The notes beneath the pieces were generated by a model. The model did not search any database. It worked only from the letters and a program-made list of their open reading frames with translations, and was not told the DNA's origin. The position numbers were made by a program, and so were the translations under genes. DNA of 64,000 bases from Octopus bimaculoides (taxonomy: Eukaryota), in assembly GCF_001194135.2 (NCBI RefSeq), contig NC_068994.1, positions 39,179,946 to 39,243,945 of the forward strand, in the 5' to 3' direction. Below are positions 39,532 to 52,640 of this stretch, piece after piece (position 1 is the stretch's first letter; every line of letters starts with the position of its first letter).

Positions 39532-41689
39532 CTGAGGACAGTTTACAAATGAACATTAACATTGACTGATTTTTAGCAGACACTTAAATGAAATATTAGA
39601 TCCATTGACTGAGACATGAAGGAACTCTTTCAGATATCCATCTTCATGTAATGTATCTAAGGTAAGACAACCCAGTAAGAACTATATTTCTTAAGATGAC
39701 TTGGAACAAAGCTCAAGATAAATTCTAAAATGTTGCTACTCCCTTGAAGTGAACTGAAATTCATGCATGAAAGAAATGGTTTCTAGCAAGTTTGAGAAAG
39801 ATAATATTTTGCTGAGGAAGTCTAATAATACTGAAATATATTTGAATTAACTCCCTTACTAGCTGAAATTATAAAAATAATATTAACCATTGGTTACTGA
39901 ATGTATGTTGTCTCTTTTCCTACACATAAGTAGATATTTGATACCTTTTAGAAGGTTCAGCACAAATACCAGCTTGATGCCTGGTATTAGTAACACTGCC
40001 AAAAGCTACAATATGAAAAGGGTTTGTAAGAATATCTATACTACATCATCCAGTATGCAGTTAAACAATGGACACATTCAGGTCTTAGGTAGAGGGGTCC
40101 ATTTGATAGAAAAATATATTGTAGCCCTCATCCAATGCTAGTACATCCAGCAATAAGCCTACAACTTGTCCTGGGAGGCTGGGCACCCAAAACAGATCCA
40201 GGAGAGAACAACCATAAGTAATTGGGGAATTCGAATGTCACAATTCTTACAGGTAAAGCCCCACCTTCCATGAATTGAGCACAGAAAAAAAATGGATGGG
40301 AAAAAAAAAAGAAGATATTTAATGCTCAGTTCATTAAATAAGTTATCACTAAATTTAATTAAATTAGATTGGCTCATTTATGAGTTGAATACTTTTGCCA
40401 TGGACATGATGGTATATCAACTGTGAACCTATTCAGAAATGGATATAGTTTGGTAGTGTAATTCTCAGCTGGTATATAAGTATTATTAGTATCATTGTCA
40501 TCGTCGTCGTCATCATACATATATACATACGTACATACACATATGTATGTATGTATGAATGAATGAAATATTGATACCTAACATTGGTACAGGGCCACAA
40601 ATTTTGGAAGGGAGATTATAAACAATTACATTTCTTAACAGTTATTTTTATTTTATCAACCCCTGAAGGATGCAAAACAAAGCTATTCTAGGTGGAATTT
40701 GAACTTGAAACATAAAGGATAGCAAGACATTTTATCTAAGACTTTAATGTTTTTGCCAAAATAAAATACTGGAACTATAATAAGTAAATTCATTTGAAAT
40801 TCTGATCTTCTGAAATGCATTAAAAAATATCATTGTAATTTTCCAATAAATGAACATAGCATACTGGTTACAGTGTTGGACTCACAATTGTAAGATGGGG
40901 ATTGCAGTTCCCTAACCAGGCTGTGAATTGTGTTCTTGAGTAAAAAGTATTTCTTTTGACATTACTTTAATCTACTCACCTGAAAAGGAGTAACTTCCTC
41001 AGCTTAACTGTCTTAGCTAAGGGTAAACGCTGTGATAGATTGGTGGACTGTTTAAATGGGGAAGTATAGAACTTTTGGGTTGCTTAAATGGCTGGCCTTG
41101 TGCCTCTTATGTTAGAAATAATATGTATCATTATTATACCTGCTTCCAAGGTTTGATGAATGGCAGAATAATTACATCATCAGACAAAATGTCTTACAGT
41201 ATTTGCTCTGTATCTTCTGGGTTCAAAATCCACAAAAGTATACTTTACCATTCTTCCAGCTGGGATGATTAAAATAAGTACTTGTCAGATATTGGTATTA
41301 ATGTAATCAACTAACATTCCCTCTAATCTAAAATTGCTCATCTTGTGTCCAAGTTAAAAACCAATCATTTCACCTGCTCCTACTTAATTAACTATAGTTT
41401 CCACAAAGGTTTGATGTAGAATGAATTACTTTGATGTTATGAAGAAAAGAAAAATCTGAACAATTCATGCAACACCTTTCATCAGTGACAGAATAACTGC
41501 CTGAAATGTTAGAATTTTCTTTTTCCTCGGAGTAAAATAATTTTCTCTTTGCAAAGCTTTAATATTTATTTTTCTGCCAACACAGACTTTTGCAAGATGC
41601 CTCAGATTCTGTTTCACACTTTGATATCTTTAAACACAGCACATCTATAAGTGATTTCATCTCAGATGAAAAGTATATATATATATATA

Positions 41690-42147
41690 TCATCATCATC
41701 ATCATCGTTTAACGTCCGCTTTCCATGCTAGCATGGGTTGGACGACTTGACTGAGGACTGGTGAAACCGGATGGCAACACCAAGCTCCAATCTAAATTTG
41801 GCAGAGTTTCTACAGCTGGATGCCCTTCCTAACGCCAACCACTCAGAGAGTGTAGTAGATGCTTTTATGTGTCACCTGCACGAAGGCCAGTCAGGCGATA
41901 CTGGCAACGGCCACGCTCGAAATGGTGTCTTTTATGTGCCACCCACACAAGCCAGTCCAGGGGCACTGGCAACGATCTCGCTCGAAAATCCTATGGGAGC
42001 CAGTCAGGCGGTACTGGCAATGGCCACGCTCAAAATGGTGCATCTCATGTGTCACCCGCACAAGAGCCAGTCCAGGGGCACTGGCAACGATCTTACTTGG
42101 CTTGCCGGGTCTTCTCACGCACAGCACATTTCCAAAGGTCTCGGTCC
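41690..42147 (-). mobile_element. Family B RTE-derived element, young copy
   Basis: Highly similar to 838-1590, with the same 5' endpoint (ccaaaggtctcggtcc). Confidence 0.88.
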
Positions 42148-42262
42148 AAAAGGCCTGGGTACATGGAGTAAATAAAATCATAACATAATTAAATATAAGA
42201 AATAATAATTTCTTAAAATATGTGTTAATCCCTGTGTACCCAGACTTTGTGGACACCCTGTA
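42143..42262. mobile_element. Short Tc1/mariner-like MITE remnant
   Basis: The right end gtacccagactttgtggacaccctg|TA mirrors the left gtccaaaaggcctgggtaca. Confidence 0.5.
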
Positions 42263-42949
42263 TATATTAAATATAATAAATAGATGGCTATTTCAATCTA
42301 ATAATGCTTCAGTTGTGTAAACCAGATTAAATAAACATAGCCGTTGCTTGCCTATGTTAAAAGACTGATGTGATTATTTCAAGAAATTCAAAGTAAAATT
42401 TCTTCAAATTTTTCTGATGATGAAATTTTATTGTGTTAAAAAGAATCTTGTATGATTAAACATGTTGCAGAGTAAGCAACTTTGGATGCTTGCCTGAATT
42501 ATTTGGGCATATATTATCAATTTCTGAAGTTAGCTACTTGTAATTAAAATATGAATGATAAGTAAAAGGCATCTATTTTGATAATTAACCTTCTGAAAGC
42601 ACACAAAATGCTCCAAGGTCCTATGATAGAAAAATTGTTTAATCTTTTAGTGCATATAATTTATATAAAAATATTCCATTGAAATTTTGAGTTGGAATCT
42701 TTTAAGTTATGTTTCAAAAGTTTGGCATTAGGAACAGCATTCAGACATAGAAACCAAGCCAAAACAGACAACTACAGCCTGGTACAGCTCTCTGGCTTAT
42801 CAGCTCTAGTCAAACTGTCTAACCCCTGTCAGTATGGAAAATGGGCATTAAATGATGATGATGATGATGATGATAATTCAACCCTTCCATATTCTTGATT
42901 CTTTGGCTAATATATTTTATTAGAAATATTACACATGGGAAAGTTAGAA

Positions 42950-43500
<551 letters not shown>

Positions 43501-43689
43501 GTCATCATATTGTCTCAAATATTCATTTAGTTGTTCCGCAGTGCTCCTAGATGTCTCCCCTATGTATGTCATGTTCATGTCTTTACAAGCACCTATGTAT
43601 TTTATGCTGTAAACTACATTTCTAGTTCTACAGTTAATGCCAGGGCTAATCCTACATAGCATGCAGTTATCATTGGTGCATATGGTATT

Positions 43690-44172
43690 CTCAAAGGGGT
43701 ACGTACTACATAGTGATGGAGTTCCCTAGTTTTCAACAATCTTAATGTTGAGTTTAGTCTCTTTCAGGGCTTNNNNNNNNNNAGGGGTACGTACTACATA
43801 GTGATGGAGTTCCCTAGTTTTCAACAATCTTAATGTTGAGTTTAGTCTCTTTCAGGGCTTTTCTATATCTACGGGCTAGTTCTCCATGATATTTGTCAGT
43901 TTTATACCACGTGTTCGCCTTGTTTGCTTTGTCACAAGTTCTTTGTATCCTATTCGAGTCTTTATTTCTATATCTAGGGCAGGTACCACTGGTATCATTA
44001 CGTATAATGTTATCTAATTTCCTTCTAGTACCCCTGTATACTCAAACCCTATCTTTCTGATCATATCCAGAGAATTGCATGCAGTGCATGAAGTTCTGTA
44101 TATGTTTTTTCATTTCATAGGGTTCGCATAGTGGGGACACATTCATTATCCTAACTAAGTCTGCTATCAGTA
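43690..44172 (-). mobile_element. Penelope-like element fragment (RT thumb/linker region)
   Basis: LIADLVRIMNVSPLCEPYEMKKHIQNFMHCMQFSGYDQKDRV..GTCPRYRNKD..WYKTDKYHGELARRYRKALKETKLNIKIVEN matches the PLE 'RMxxSGY..PLYR..GELA..IKVVE' pattern as I recall it. Confidence 0.6.
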
Positions 44173-44711
44173 AGTTATATATATGTGTGTGTGTGTAAAT
44201 ATATAGTATATCTTGTGTGTACATATAAATATACTGTTACTGTTAAGTTTTGAGCACCACATAGACTATATTCCAGTCTGCTTCCAGGAGAGTAGTTAAC
44301 TAACTCCTATACTGAATAGTATTACAAAGCTAATGTAGGAGAAATTAAAATAAACACAAGTTAATATTATTAGTTCCTATATATATTTCACCATTACAGA
44401 AAACTAATATCATGCTTGACATTTCTTCTTTAATCTGCAGTCATGCTGGAGCACCACCTTGAGGCATTTTTGTTGAACTAATTGATCCTAGTTCAACAAT
44501 CTAGTTGAAGTAATTGACCCCCAGTACTTACTTTCTTTCTAATTCTGGTATTTATTTTATTACTTCTTTTGCTGAACTGCGGAGTTAAGGTCATGTAAAC
44601 ATACCAACACTGGTTGTTATTTCTGTGGTGGCGGACAAATACAGTTACAAAGAAATGAGCATTTTGCCAGCTCACTACCCTATAGCTTATAGAAAGTGAT
44701 AATATGAACTG

Positions 44712-44747
<36 letters not shown>

Positions 44748-44750
<3 letters not shown>

Positions 44751-44927
44751 TCATCATCATCATCATCGTTTAACGTCCGCTTTCTATGCTAGCATGGGTT
44801 GGACGATTTGACTGAGGACTGGTGAAACCGGATGGCAACACCAGGCTCCAGTCTGATTTGGCAGAGTTTCTACAGCTGGATGCCCTTCCTAACGCCAACC
44901 ACTCAGAGAGTGTAGTGGGTGCTTTTA
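44748..44927 (-). mobile_element. Family B element 3' portion, cut by the gap
   Basis: Near-identical to the 3' end of the 838-1590 copy. Confidence 0.85.
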
Positions 44928-45517
44928 NNNNNNNNNNNNNNNNNNNNNNNNNNNNNNNNNNNNNNNNNNNNNNNNNNNNNNNNNNNNNNNNNNNNNNNNN
45001 NNNNNNNNNNNNNNNNNNNNNNNNNNNNNNNNNNNNNNNNNNNNNNNNNNNNNNNNNNNNNNNNNNNNNNNNNNNNNNNNNNNNNNNNNNNNNNNNNNNN
45101 NNNNNNNNNNNNNNNNNNNNNNNNNNNNNNNNNNNNNNNNNNNNNNNNNNNNNNNNNNNNNNNNNNNNNNNNNNNNNNNNNNNNNNNNNNNNNNNNNNNN
45201 NNNNNNNNNNNNNNNNNNNNNNNNNNNNNNNNNNNNNNNNNNNNNNNNNNNNNNNNNNNNNNNNNNNNNNNNNNNNNNNNNNNNNNNNNNNNNNNNNNNN
45301 NNNNNNNNNNNNNNNNNNNNNNNNNNNNNNNNNNNNNNNNNNNNNNNNNNNNNNNNNNNNNNNNNNNNNNNNNNNNNNNNNNNNNNNNNNNNNNNNNNNN
45401 NNNNNNNNNNNNNNNNNNNNNNNNNNNNNNNNNNNNNNNNNNNNNNNNNNNNNNNNNNNNNNNNNNNNNNNNNNNNNNNNNNNNNNNNNNNNNNNNNNNN
45501 NNNNNNNNNNNNNNNNN
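44928..45517. other. Assembly gap. Others: 1207-1216, 3659-3901, 7880-7962, 16702-16855, 24206-24553, 43773-43782
   Basis: N runs, mostly flanked by microsatellites or duplicated sequence. Confidence 1.
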
Positions 45518-45587
<70 letters not shown>

Positions 45588-46545
45588 ATTATATATCCAT
45601 ATATATATTTATATATATATATGCATATAACATTTTACCCATGCATGCATGGAAGATAGACATTAAACGATGATGATGATATATATATGCATGTATATAT
45701 GTGTGTGTATATTACACATAAATACATATATATATGTGTGTGTATGTATACTTACATATCCTATGTGTATGTGATTGTGCATATTTGTGTGTGTGTGTGT
45801 GTCTGTCTGGCTGTGTTTCTAAATCTACATTCTGTGTGCTTTGTGTGAGAAACTGTTGAGTTACAATAGTGAAATTTAGTGTTACTGCACTCTCGAAAAA
45901 CTTTTTTGCGGGTACTGCACTTTCAAAAACATGTGGAATAAAACATTCCTTGCTCAAAAAAAAAAAAAAAAAAGTAACGGTTATTGGAATGCATCCATCT
46001 GTAAAACAATATTTCAATGATATCAATGATATATATTTGACAAACCCATGCTAACCTGGAAAAAAAAAGAAAAAAAAAAAGAAAAACAGGCATAAAAATG
46101 ATTGAATCCTATATAAATATTTGTCTGTGAATTCATGTTTTTGTAATCCTCAGATAATTTTTTTATCAAAGAAGAAAAAATCTAAGTTAAGTTCGCAATG
46201 AAAAAATAAACAACGAAAAATACAGGAAATTTCTAGAAAAATAATCATTTTTTTCTTATACAATAAAGATAAATTATCTTACTTTGTGTTTCAAGTAATT
46301 TTGAATGGATCATAAAGAAAATACTTCCTTAATAGGAAATGTTTCCCCCTTGATATAATTTATATAAAGTTGTATGTATGCAAGCCTTTAATAAGAATCT
46401 GTATTGAAGATTTCAATCTTAATGAATAAGGTAGAAATCTAAATTTTTACGATTTATCTCCCCTTCATTTATAACCATTTAACATTACAAAAGTCCTGTT
46501 AAGCAGTTATGAATGCCACTTGAATAAAATAAATAGGTGTCTTAC

Positions 46546-48974
46546 CTGAATAGATCTGTCTATGTTATCGGGATAATGGCTTGGTGATTCTGAAGGTTTC
46601 CTTTCACATGTTAGTTCATGTTTAAAGTTATCTTCTCGACTTGGTTTTGCCTTCTGAAATTCTTTGCTATGTTCAGGAGGAAGTCTCACTGCCATAGCAG
46701 ATGGCGAATCATATTGAAGTGCTGCTTGTTCACACAAATATTCTAATTGTCTATTTTCATCTAAAAATACATTGGAAGGTCTTAATTCACCTCTTTGTTG
46801 TGAATTTCTCCTGTTATTTTTTCTGACGATGCATATAGTGATAGATACCACTAGGATTACAGAAGCAGTCATTGCTACAATGACAATGATGATAAATAAG
46901 TTGATGTGTATTTTATCATCGTACTGTGCGTCTACAGCTGTAAACATTTTCAAAGTCTTGTTGCTGACTGTTAGAGTCAAAAATAATGTAGTTGTAGCTG
47001 TGAGAACAGGTGTACCGCTGTCTTTGACAGCTATATGTAGTTCATATAATCCAGCATCATTTTGATAGATGGCACGAGAATATGACAACACTCCACTGTA
47101 AGGATTAACAGTGAACATTTGTTTATTATTACCTTTAATTATTTCGTATCTGAGGAAGGAATTTACATGACTGTCTCTATCAGAAGCTCTTAATGTTGTG
47201 ATGTCACTCTTACTCTTTGGATGGTAGTGGACATCTAGATTGAAAGGGTTAACACTGGGAAATGTAAAATAGGGAGCATTGTCATTTTCATCCATAACTT
47301 CAACAACTACATTTGCTGTGTTGTTAAGAGATGGTATCCCATTGTCTTGAACTAAAACTTTGAATTTATAGATTTCTTGTTGTTCATGATCCAGTGACTG
47401 TGTAGTTGAAATAAAACCAAATTTAGAAATCTTAAATGGAAAATTATATCTGTTGTTACTTAAAAGATAATATGTTAGTTCACCTCCAGGTCCCAAATCA
47501 GGATCTGTAGCATTGATTAATCCGATTGGAAAGAATGGATTTTCATTTTCATAAGTCAAAAACTTGAACATAGTTTTAGCAAAGTGTGGCTGTACATCAT
47601 TGATATCTGTTACCTGAATTGAAAATTTCCTTTCAGATTTAAGTGAAGGGATTCCTTTGTCGTGGCAACTTATTACCAAATTTATGTTACTTTCTACTTC
47701 TCGGTCAACCACTTTCTTTATTATAACTTTATATTTCTTTTCACCAAGCTTCTGGAGTTGAAAATGTTCGTGGTCAACAACACAATCTACATTACCATTT
47801 TCTCCATTGTCGTTATCAGTGACTTTAACATAGGCAATGAAACTGCCAACTTCTATTCCTTCTGATATAGATGCTATGTTACCATTGGATTTTGAAACAA
47901 AGTTTACATCAATGATGGGTGCATCGTTATGGCTGTTCACCATATTTACAAGCACAGTGGCAATGGAACTCAGTGGAGGGTTCCCTCCATCTTGAGCTTC
48001 AATAAATAGTTTGTATTTGTTTACTTCACCCGATTTGAACTTTTCTGGCAGAAGTATTTCCCCAGTCAATTCATTCAGTATGAAATTTTGTTTAGCATCA
48101 TCAGTTGTTTTAGAACTGAAATAGTAAGAAATGTTTCCATTTCTACCTGAATCTAAATCAGTTGCTGAGAGAGTAATGATTGGCGTGTTTCTTTGTCTGT
48201 TATTCACTGTAACGTTATAGACATTCTGTGAGAATACTGGAGAATTATCATTAACATCCGAAACTGATATCTTTATGTTTAACACTCCTTGCTCTGGTGG
48301 ATATCCTCCATCCTTTGCAATAACTTGTAACATGTAAATTTCTTTTACTTCTCTGTCTAGTGTTGTTTCTAATGTAATTCCTAGTGAGTAAGAACCATCA
48401 ACTCTCTTGGAAACTGCGAGTGAAAATGGATCATAAGTATTTTTCACCAATTCATAACTAATCTGCGAATTCAATATACCAATATCTTTGTCAATAGCAT
48501 TGGGTATTGATCTTCTTGTACCTTTCCCATCGGTTTCATCAAACTGAAGCTCAATTTCTTTTGTTGGGAATTCAGGTTGATGGTCATTAACATCTTCTAT
48601 AATCACTTTGATTTCTAATATTTTTAGAAAAGATTCCTTTTTTTGTACAGCAATGTCTACTATTCTGAAGCACTCAGTGTTATATTTACAAAGAGCCTCA
48701 GCATTCAATCGCTGAGCTGTATAAAGTTTACCAGTTTTAGAAACATTGAACAGCTCTCCATTCTTTGTGTCTTTTTGTAGCTGCTTGAACCGTATTAGAT
48801 TTCTGTCTGTGATCAGTAATTCATCAATATGTGTGTCTCTGGTGATATCACCCAAATATACACCTGGGTTTCTATCTTCTTTCACATAGTAGGTAAAGTC
48901 TATACACTGACAGAAAGTTAGATAAAATGAAAGCAGATATACCCCAAGCAGTGTGTTCCAATCTAACGGTTTCA
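46546..48974 (-). CDS. Pcdh: Protocadherin large exon: signal peptide h-region, 6 EC repeats, TM helix, proximal cytoplasmic tail (cephalopod-type protocadherin)
   Basis: 822-aa ORF (48975..46507). Cadherin motifs seen: DVNDHQPEF, DVNDNSPVF, DINDVQPHF, DENDNAPYF, LDRE/VDRE/LDHE, AxDGG, DxDxG. EC1 has a C-X5-C motif (CKYNTEC), and the TM is INLFIIIVIVAMTASVILVVSITICIV. The ORF 'start' GTG overlaps the acceptor ttttctatttatctacag|TG (exon starts 48974). The donor TTCAG|GTAAGA falls after Q810 (exon ends 46546, phase 0). Confidence 0.97.
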
Positions 48975-49099
48975 CTGTAGATAAATAGAAAATAATATTT
49001 AAAATAAGTTTTTAGATAAACAGAATAATATATAATAAAAATGTATTAAATATGCAATGAATATACAAACAAATTAATATAAATTAAATGCTTTAAGCA

Positions 49100-49565
49100 A
49101 TACTACATACATACATACATACACATACCAACACACATACATACATGCATACATACATAAATGCATACACACATACATACATGCATACATACACACACAA
49201 ACACGATACATACACACACAAACACGATACATACATACACAAACACGCACATGTACATACATATGTATGTATGTACGTACATACATACACACATACACAA
49301 ACACACACACATACATATGTACATACATACGTACATACCCACACACATAAACATGCATACATACGTACATACCCACACACATAAACATGCATACATACAT
49401 ACACAAACACACACATACATATGTATGTACATACACATACAGAAACACACTCACATACATACATACACAAACACACACATACATATGTATGTACATACAC
49501 ATACAGAAACACACTCACATACATACATACATACATACATACATACATACATACATACATACATG
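49100..49565. repeat. Compound (TACA)/(CA) microsatellite in the predicted first coding intron of the protocadherin
   Basis: Low-complexity AC/AT tract with internally duplicated blocks. Confidence 0.9.
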
Positions 49566-49976
49566 CGTGTGTATATTTGAATGAAAAACGTGTAAGAGAA
49601 TCCATAGAGAATTTCCTCTGAATTTGCCTTGTTAAAAATTTACTGGTTGAAATTTTTCATAAAAATTAATTAAAGCTAAAATGCACGATATAAAATATAG
49701 CCAATAAAACAGAAAAAAAAAAAAATTATGCACATCTAAACACTATCAGATTACATTGATACTTCTTAAATTATATTGATACTTTGCCTACTACTCTGAT
49801 TCATTTGGGGGACACATAATACAGGAATAAAATACAGAAAACAGGAATAAAATAAATGGCTTAAAAAGTAAAAGGTAAAAAAAATTTTGAAGCAAAGAAA
49901 AAAAAAAGCCAACAGAAACAACAACAGTATATCTCTGTATCTCTAGCTTAAATGTCATTTTGCAAAGATAACTTAC

Positions 49977-50040
49977 CATTACTGTACCATAGCGATTTTA
50001 AGATTAACATGCTACATGCATTATAGTATAACATGTTCTT
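49977..50040 (-). CDS. Pcdh: Predicted 64-nt upstream micro-exon of the protocadherin carrying the start codon (MLYYNACSMLILKSLWYSN+V)
   Basis: Minus strand: acceptor ttctattttcatgatgcatctcacag|AAGAAC and perfect donor ATG|GTAAGT. ATGs at 50034 and 50010 are in frame. The exon ends in phase 1 (AAT G|), matching the TG that opens the large exon (G|TG = Val). Predicted intron 49976..48975. Confidence 0.62.
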
Positions 50041-50210
50041 CTGTGAGATGCATCATGAAAATAGAACTGATTAATTAAAAACTGAATCAAATCCTGAATG
50101 ATAGTTTACTCTCTCTCACTCTCACTCTCTATCTGTCTAACACCTATACCTTTCTCTATCTGTCTATCTACATATATGTTTGTGTATGTATGTATGTATG
50201 TCTCTCTCCT

Positions 50211-50276
<66 letters not shown>

Positions 50277-50749
50277 TGTGTGTATAAAAGGGTAAAAGCC
50301 TCTTTTGGTCATGAATGACCATGAAATTACACTTAGAAAGTTCCCCTCCGAGGCACAAGCGCAGGCAAGTTTGTTTATGGAAGACCAACAGTTGCCCATG
50401 CATACCAGCCTCTCCTCTTCACACCACGCTACACCACTGATGTTATTCAAGGGAAAGGCTTGGTACCAGAAATTTAGGGAGAGTTAATGATATTTCATTA
50501 AAAGTAGTAGTGTTGATGGTGGCAGTGGGAGTAATAATAAGAGAGAGAAGGAGTGGGTCTGTGAGAGAAAGAGGGAGATGATGTACAACTTTGTTTAACC
50601 AAGTCTCTTTGATAGAAATTCTTGTCGCCAACATACTGAACACTACTTGATCACTACAGACAAATCATCTGTGTGGTTGTTCAGTAAGAAATTGTTGAAC
50701 CCTCATACAACATCTAATGACGGGAGATTCCTTCATATATACATAAATA

Positions 50750-50784
<35 letters not shown>

Positions 50785-50788
<4 letters not shown>

Positions 50789-51062
50789 GTTGTCTACTCT
50801 TTATACAGAGTTTGACCACATCCTGTACTTACACCTTAGAACTATCATGGCTTTTTAAACCAGACAATGTTTTGAATAGACACCAACATAGATTGCATAT
50901 CTGGTTTGGACCACCAAGAGCTGTAGATAAGTTTTGATCTTTGTGGATCTTAAAATGTCTTTTGAGTTGAGGTGTCTGTCAGATTTGCACACCTTCTGGC
51001 ATACATTGCATTGAAAGGTGTTCACAGATATACAGGCAGAAAAGTTGGTAGAGGTTCGTTTT
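50785..51062 (-). mobile_element. RTE-type LINE 3' end with two decayed C2H2 zinc fingers
   Basis: FQCNVCQKVCKS..(frameshift)LKRHFKIH..ICNLCWCLFKTLSGLKSH, then a stop and a short 3' UTR abutting (TA)n. Confidence 0.55.
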
Positions 51063-51069
51063 CCATGGG

Positions 51070-51102
<33 letters not shown>

Positions 51103-51260
51103 TGAGAGAGAGATAGAGAGATAGATATGGAATAGCTAGACATTCAACAACTGATGAAAGGTCATTTCTCTATGTTTATTTGTCCTATTTTCCATTTTTC
51201 CTCTCGTTGTTTACGTATTTCATGTTGTTTACACAGTTGGTGACATCCTGTATCTATATA

Positions 51261-51299
<39 letters not shown>

Positions 51300-51348
51300 T
51301 ATTATTATTATATATAAATACATACATACATGTAAATTATTAAGGTGG

Positions 51349-51568
51349 CTCTTTTTACTCTTTACTCTTTTACTTGTTTCAGTCATTTTGTCTGCGGCCA
51401 TACTGGAGCACCGGCTTTATAGTCGAGTAAATCGACCCCAGAGCTTATTCTTTGTAAGCCTAGTACTTATTTTATCGGCCTCTTTTGCCGAACCGCTAGA
51501 TTACGGGGACGTAAACATACCAGCATCGGTTGTCAAGCGATGCTGGGGCGACAAACAGACGCACACAC

Positions 51569-51631
<63 letters not shown>

Positions 51632-51795
51632 CGATGGGCGTCTTCCAGTTTCTGTCTACCAAATCCACTCACAAGGATTTGGTCAGCCTGAGGCTATAGT
51701 AGAAGACGCTTGCGGTAGGTGCCACACAGTGGGACTGAACCCGGGACCATGTGGTTGGTAAGCAAGTTACTTACCACACAGCCACTCCTGTGCCT
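51349..51795 (-). mobile_element. SINE family A, full length
   Basis: Reverse complement of the 5050-5459 structure. Confidence 0.88.
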
Positions 51796-52406
51796 ATTCA
51801 CAATTTACAACTGAAAGGCAACTAGTATAGTTATCACTGAAGTGATGGCGGGCGCTAGTCAGCACCAACACTGCTATATATATATATATATACATACATG
51901 CATAAATATCCTTAATTAAGCTAAATATCAAAAAAGGAAATAAATCAGTTTGAACTACAATATTAGCCATATCCATACCAACCTTTCTAAAGCATATAAT
52001 AAAATATGAAATATATATGCAAACCCATACTGATGAACATGTAAAAAAGAAGCTGGATATATACAAAATATTTATATGTCTTTTCCCTCCAATTTTTTCT
52101 TTTTTTTTGTATTGCTTTTGCAATATGAACAAATTTCTATGAAAGTGAACATAATACATTTATCATATAGGTTTTGTCACATACACACATATGCACACTC
52201 ACACACACATGCACTCATACAAAGATGTATACACCTAAACATTACATTAATGTTACATAAGTCTGTAGAGTACTGAGCCATTTCCATACTAATTCAATGA
52301 TTAGATAGCTTAGATGATCAAACAATAGAACATTCATTACTAAAGCGAACGGATGATCCATTTTGTGTATGTATGTATGTATTATACATGTGTGTGTATA
52401 TGAGTT

Positions 52407-52449
<43 letters not shown>

Positions 52450-52589
52450 ATGTATATATATATATATATATACATACATAAATACATACACACACACGCA
52501 CACATACACACACATTACATACGTATGTACACACACACATACATGTGCGTGTGTGTGTGCGCGCGTGGATAGATAGAAGACAAATTGTA

Positions 52590-52640
<51 letters not shown>

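Noticed and set aside
43695-43860. 78-bp direct repeat
   Set aside because: Identical flanks of a 10-N gap; assembly artefact.
49074-49621. Cluster of HT/YVC-rich ORFs
   Set aside because: Translations of the compound microsatellite.
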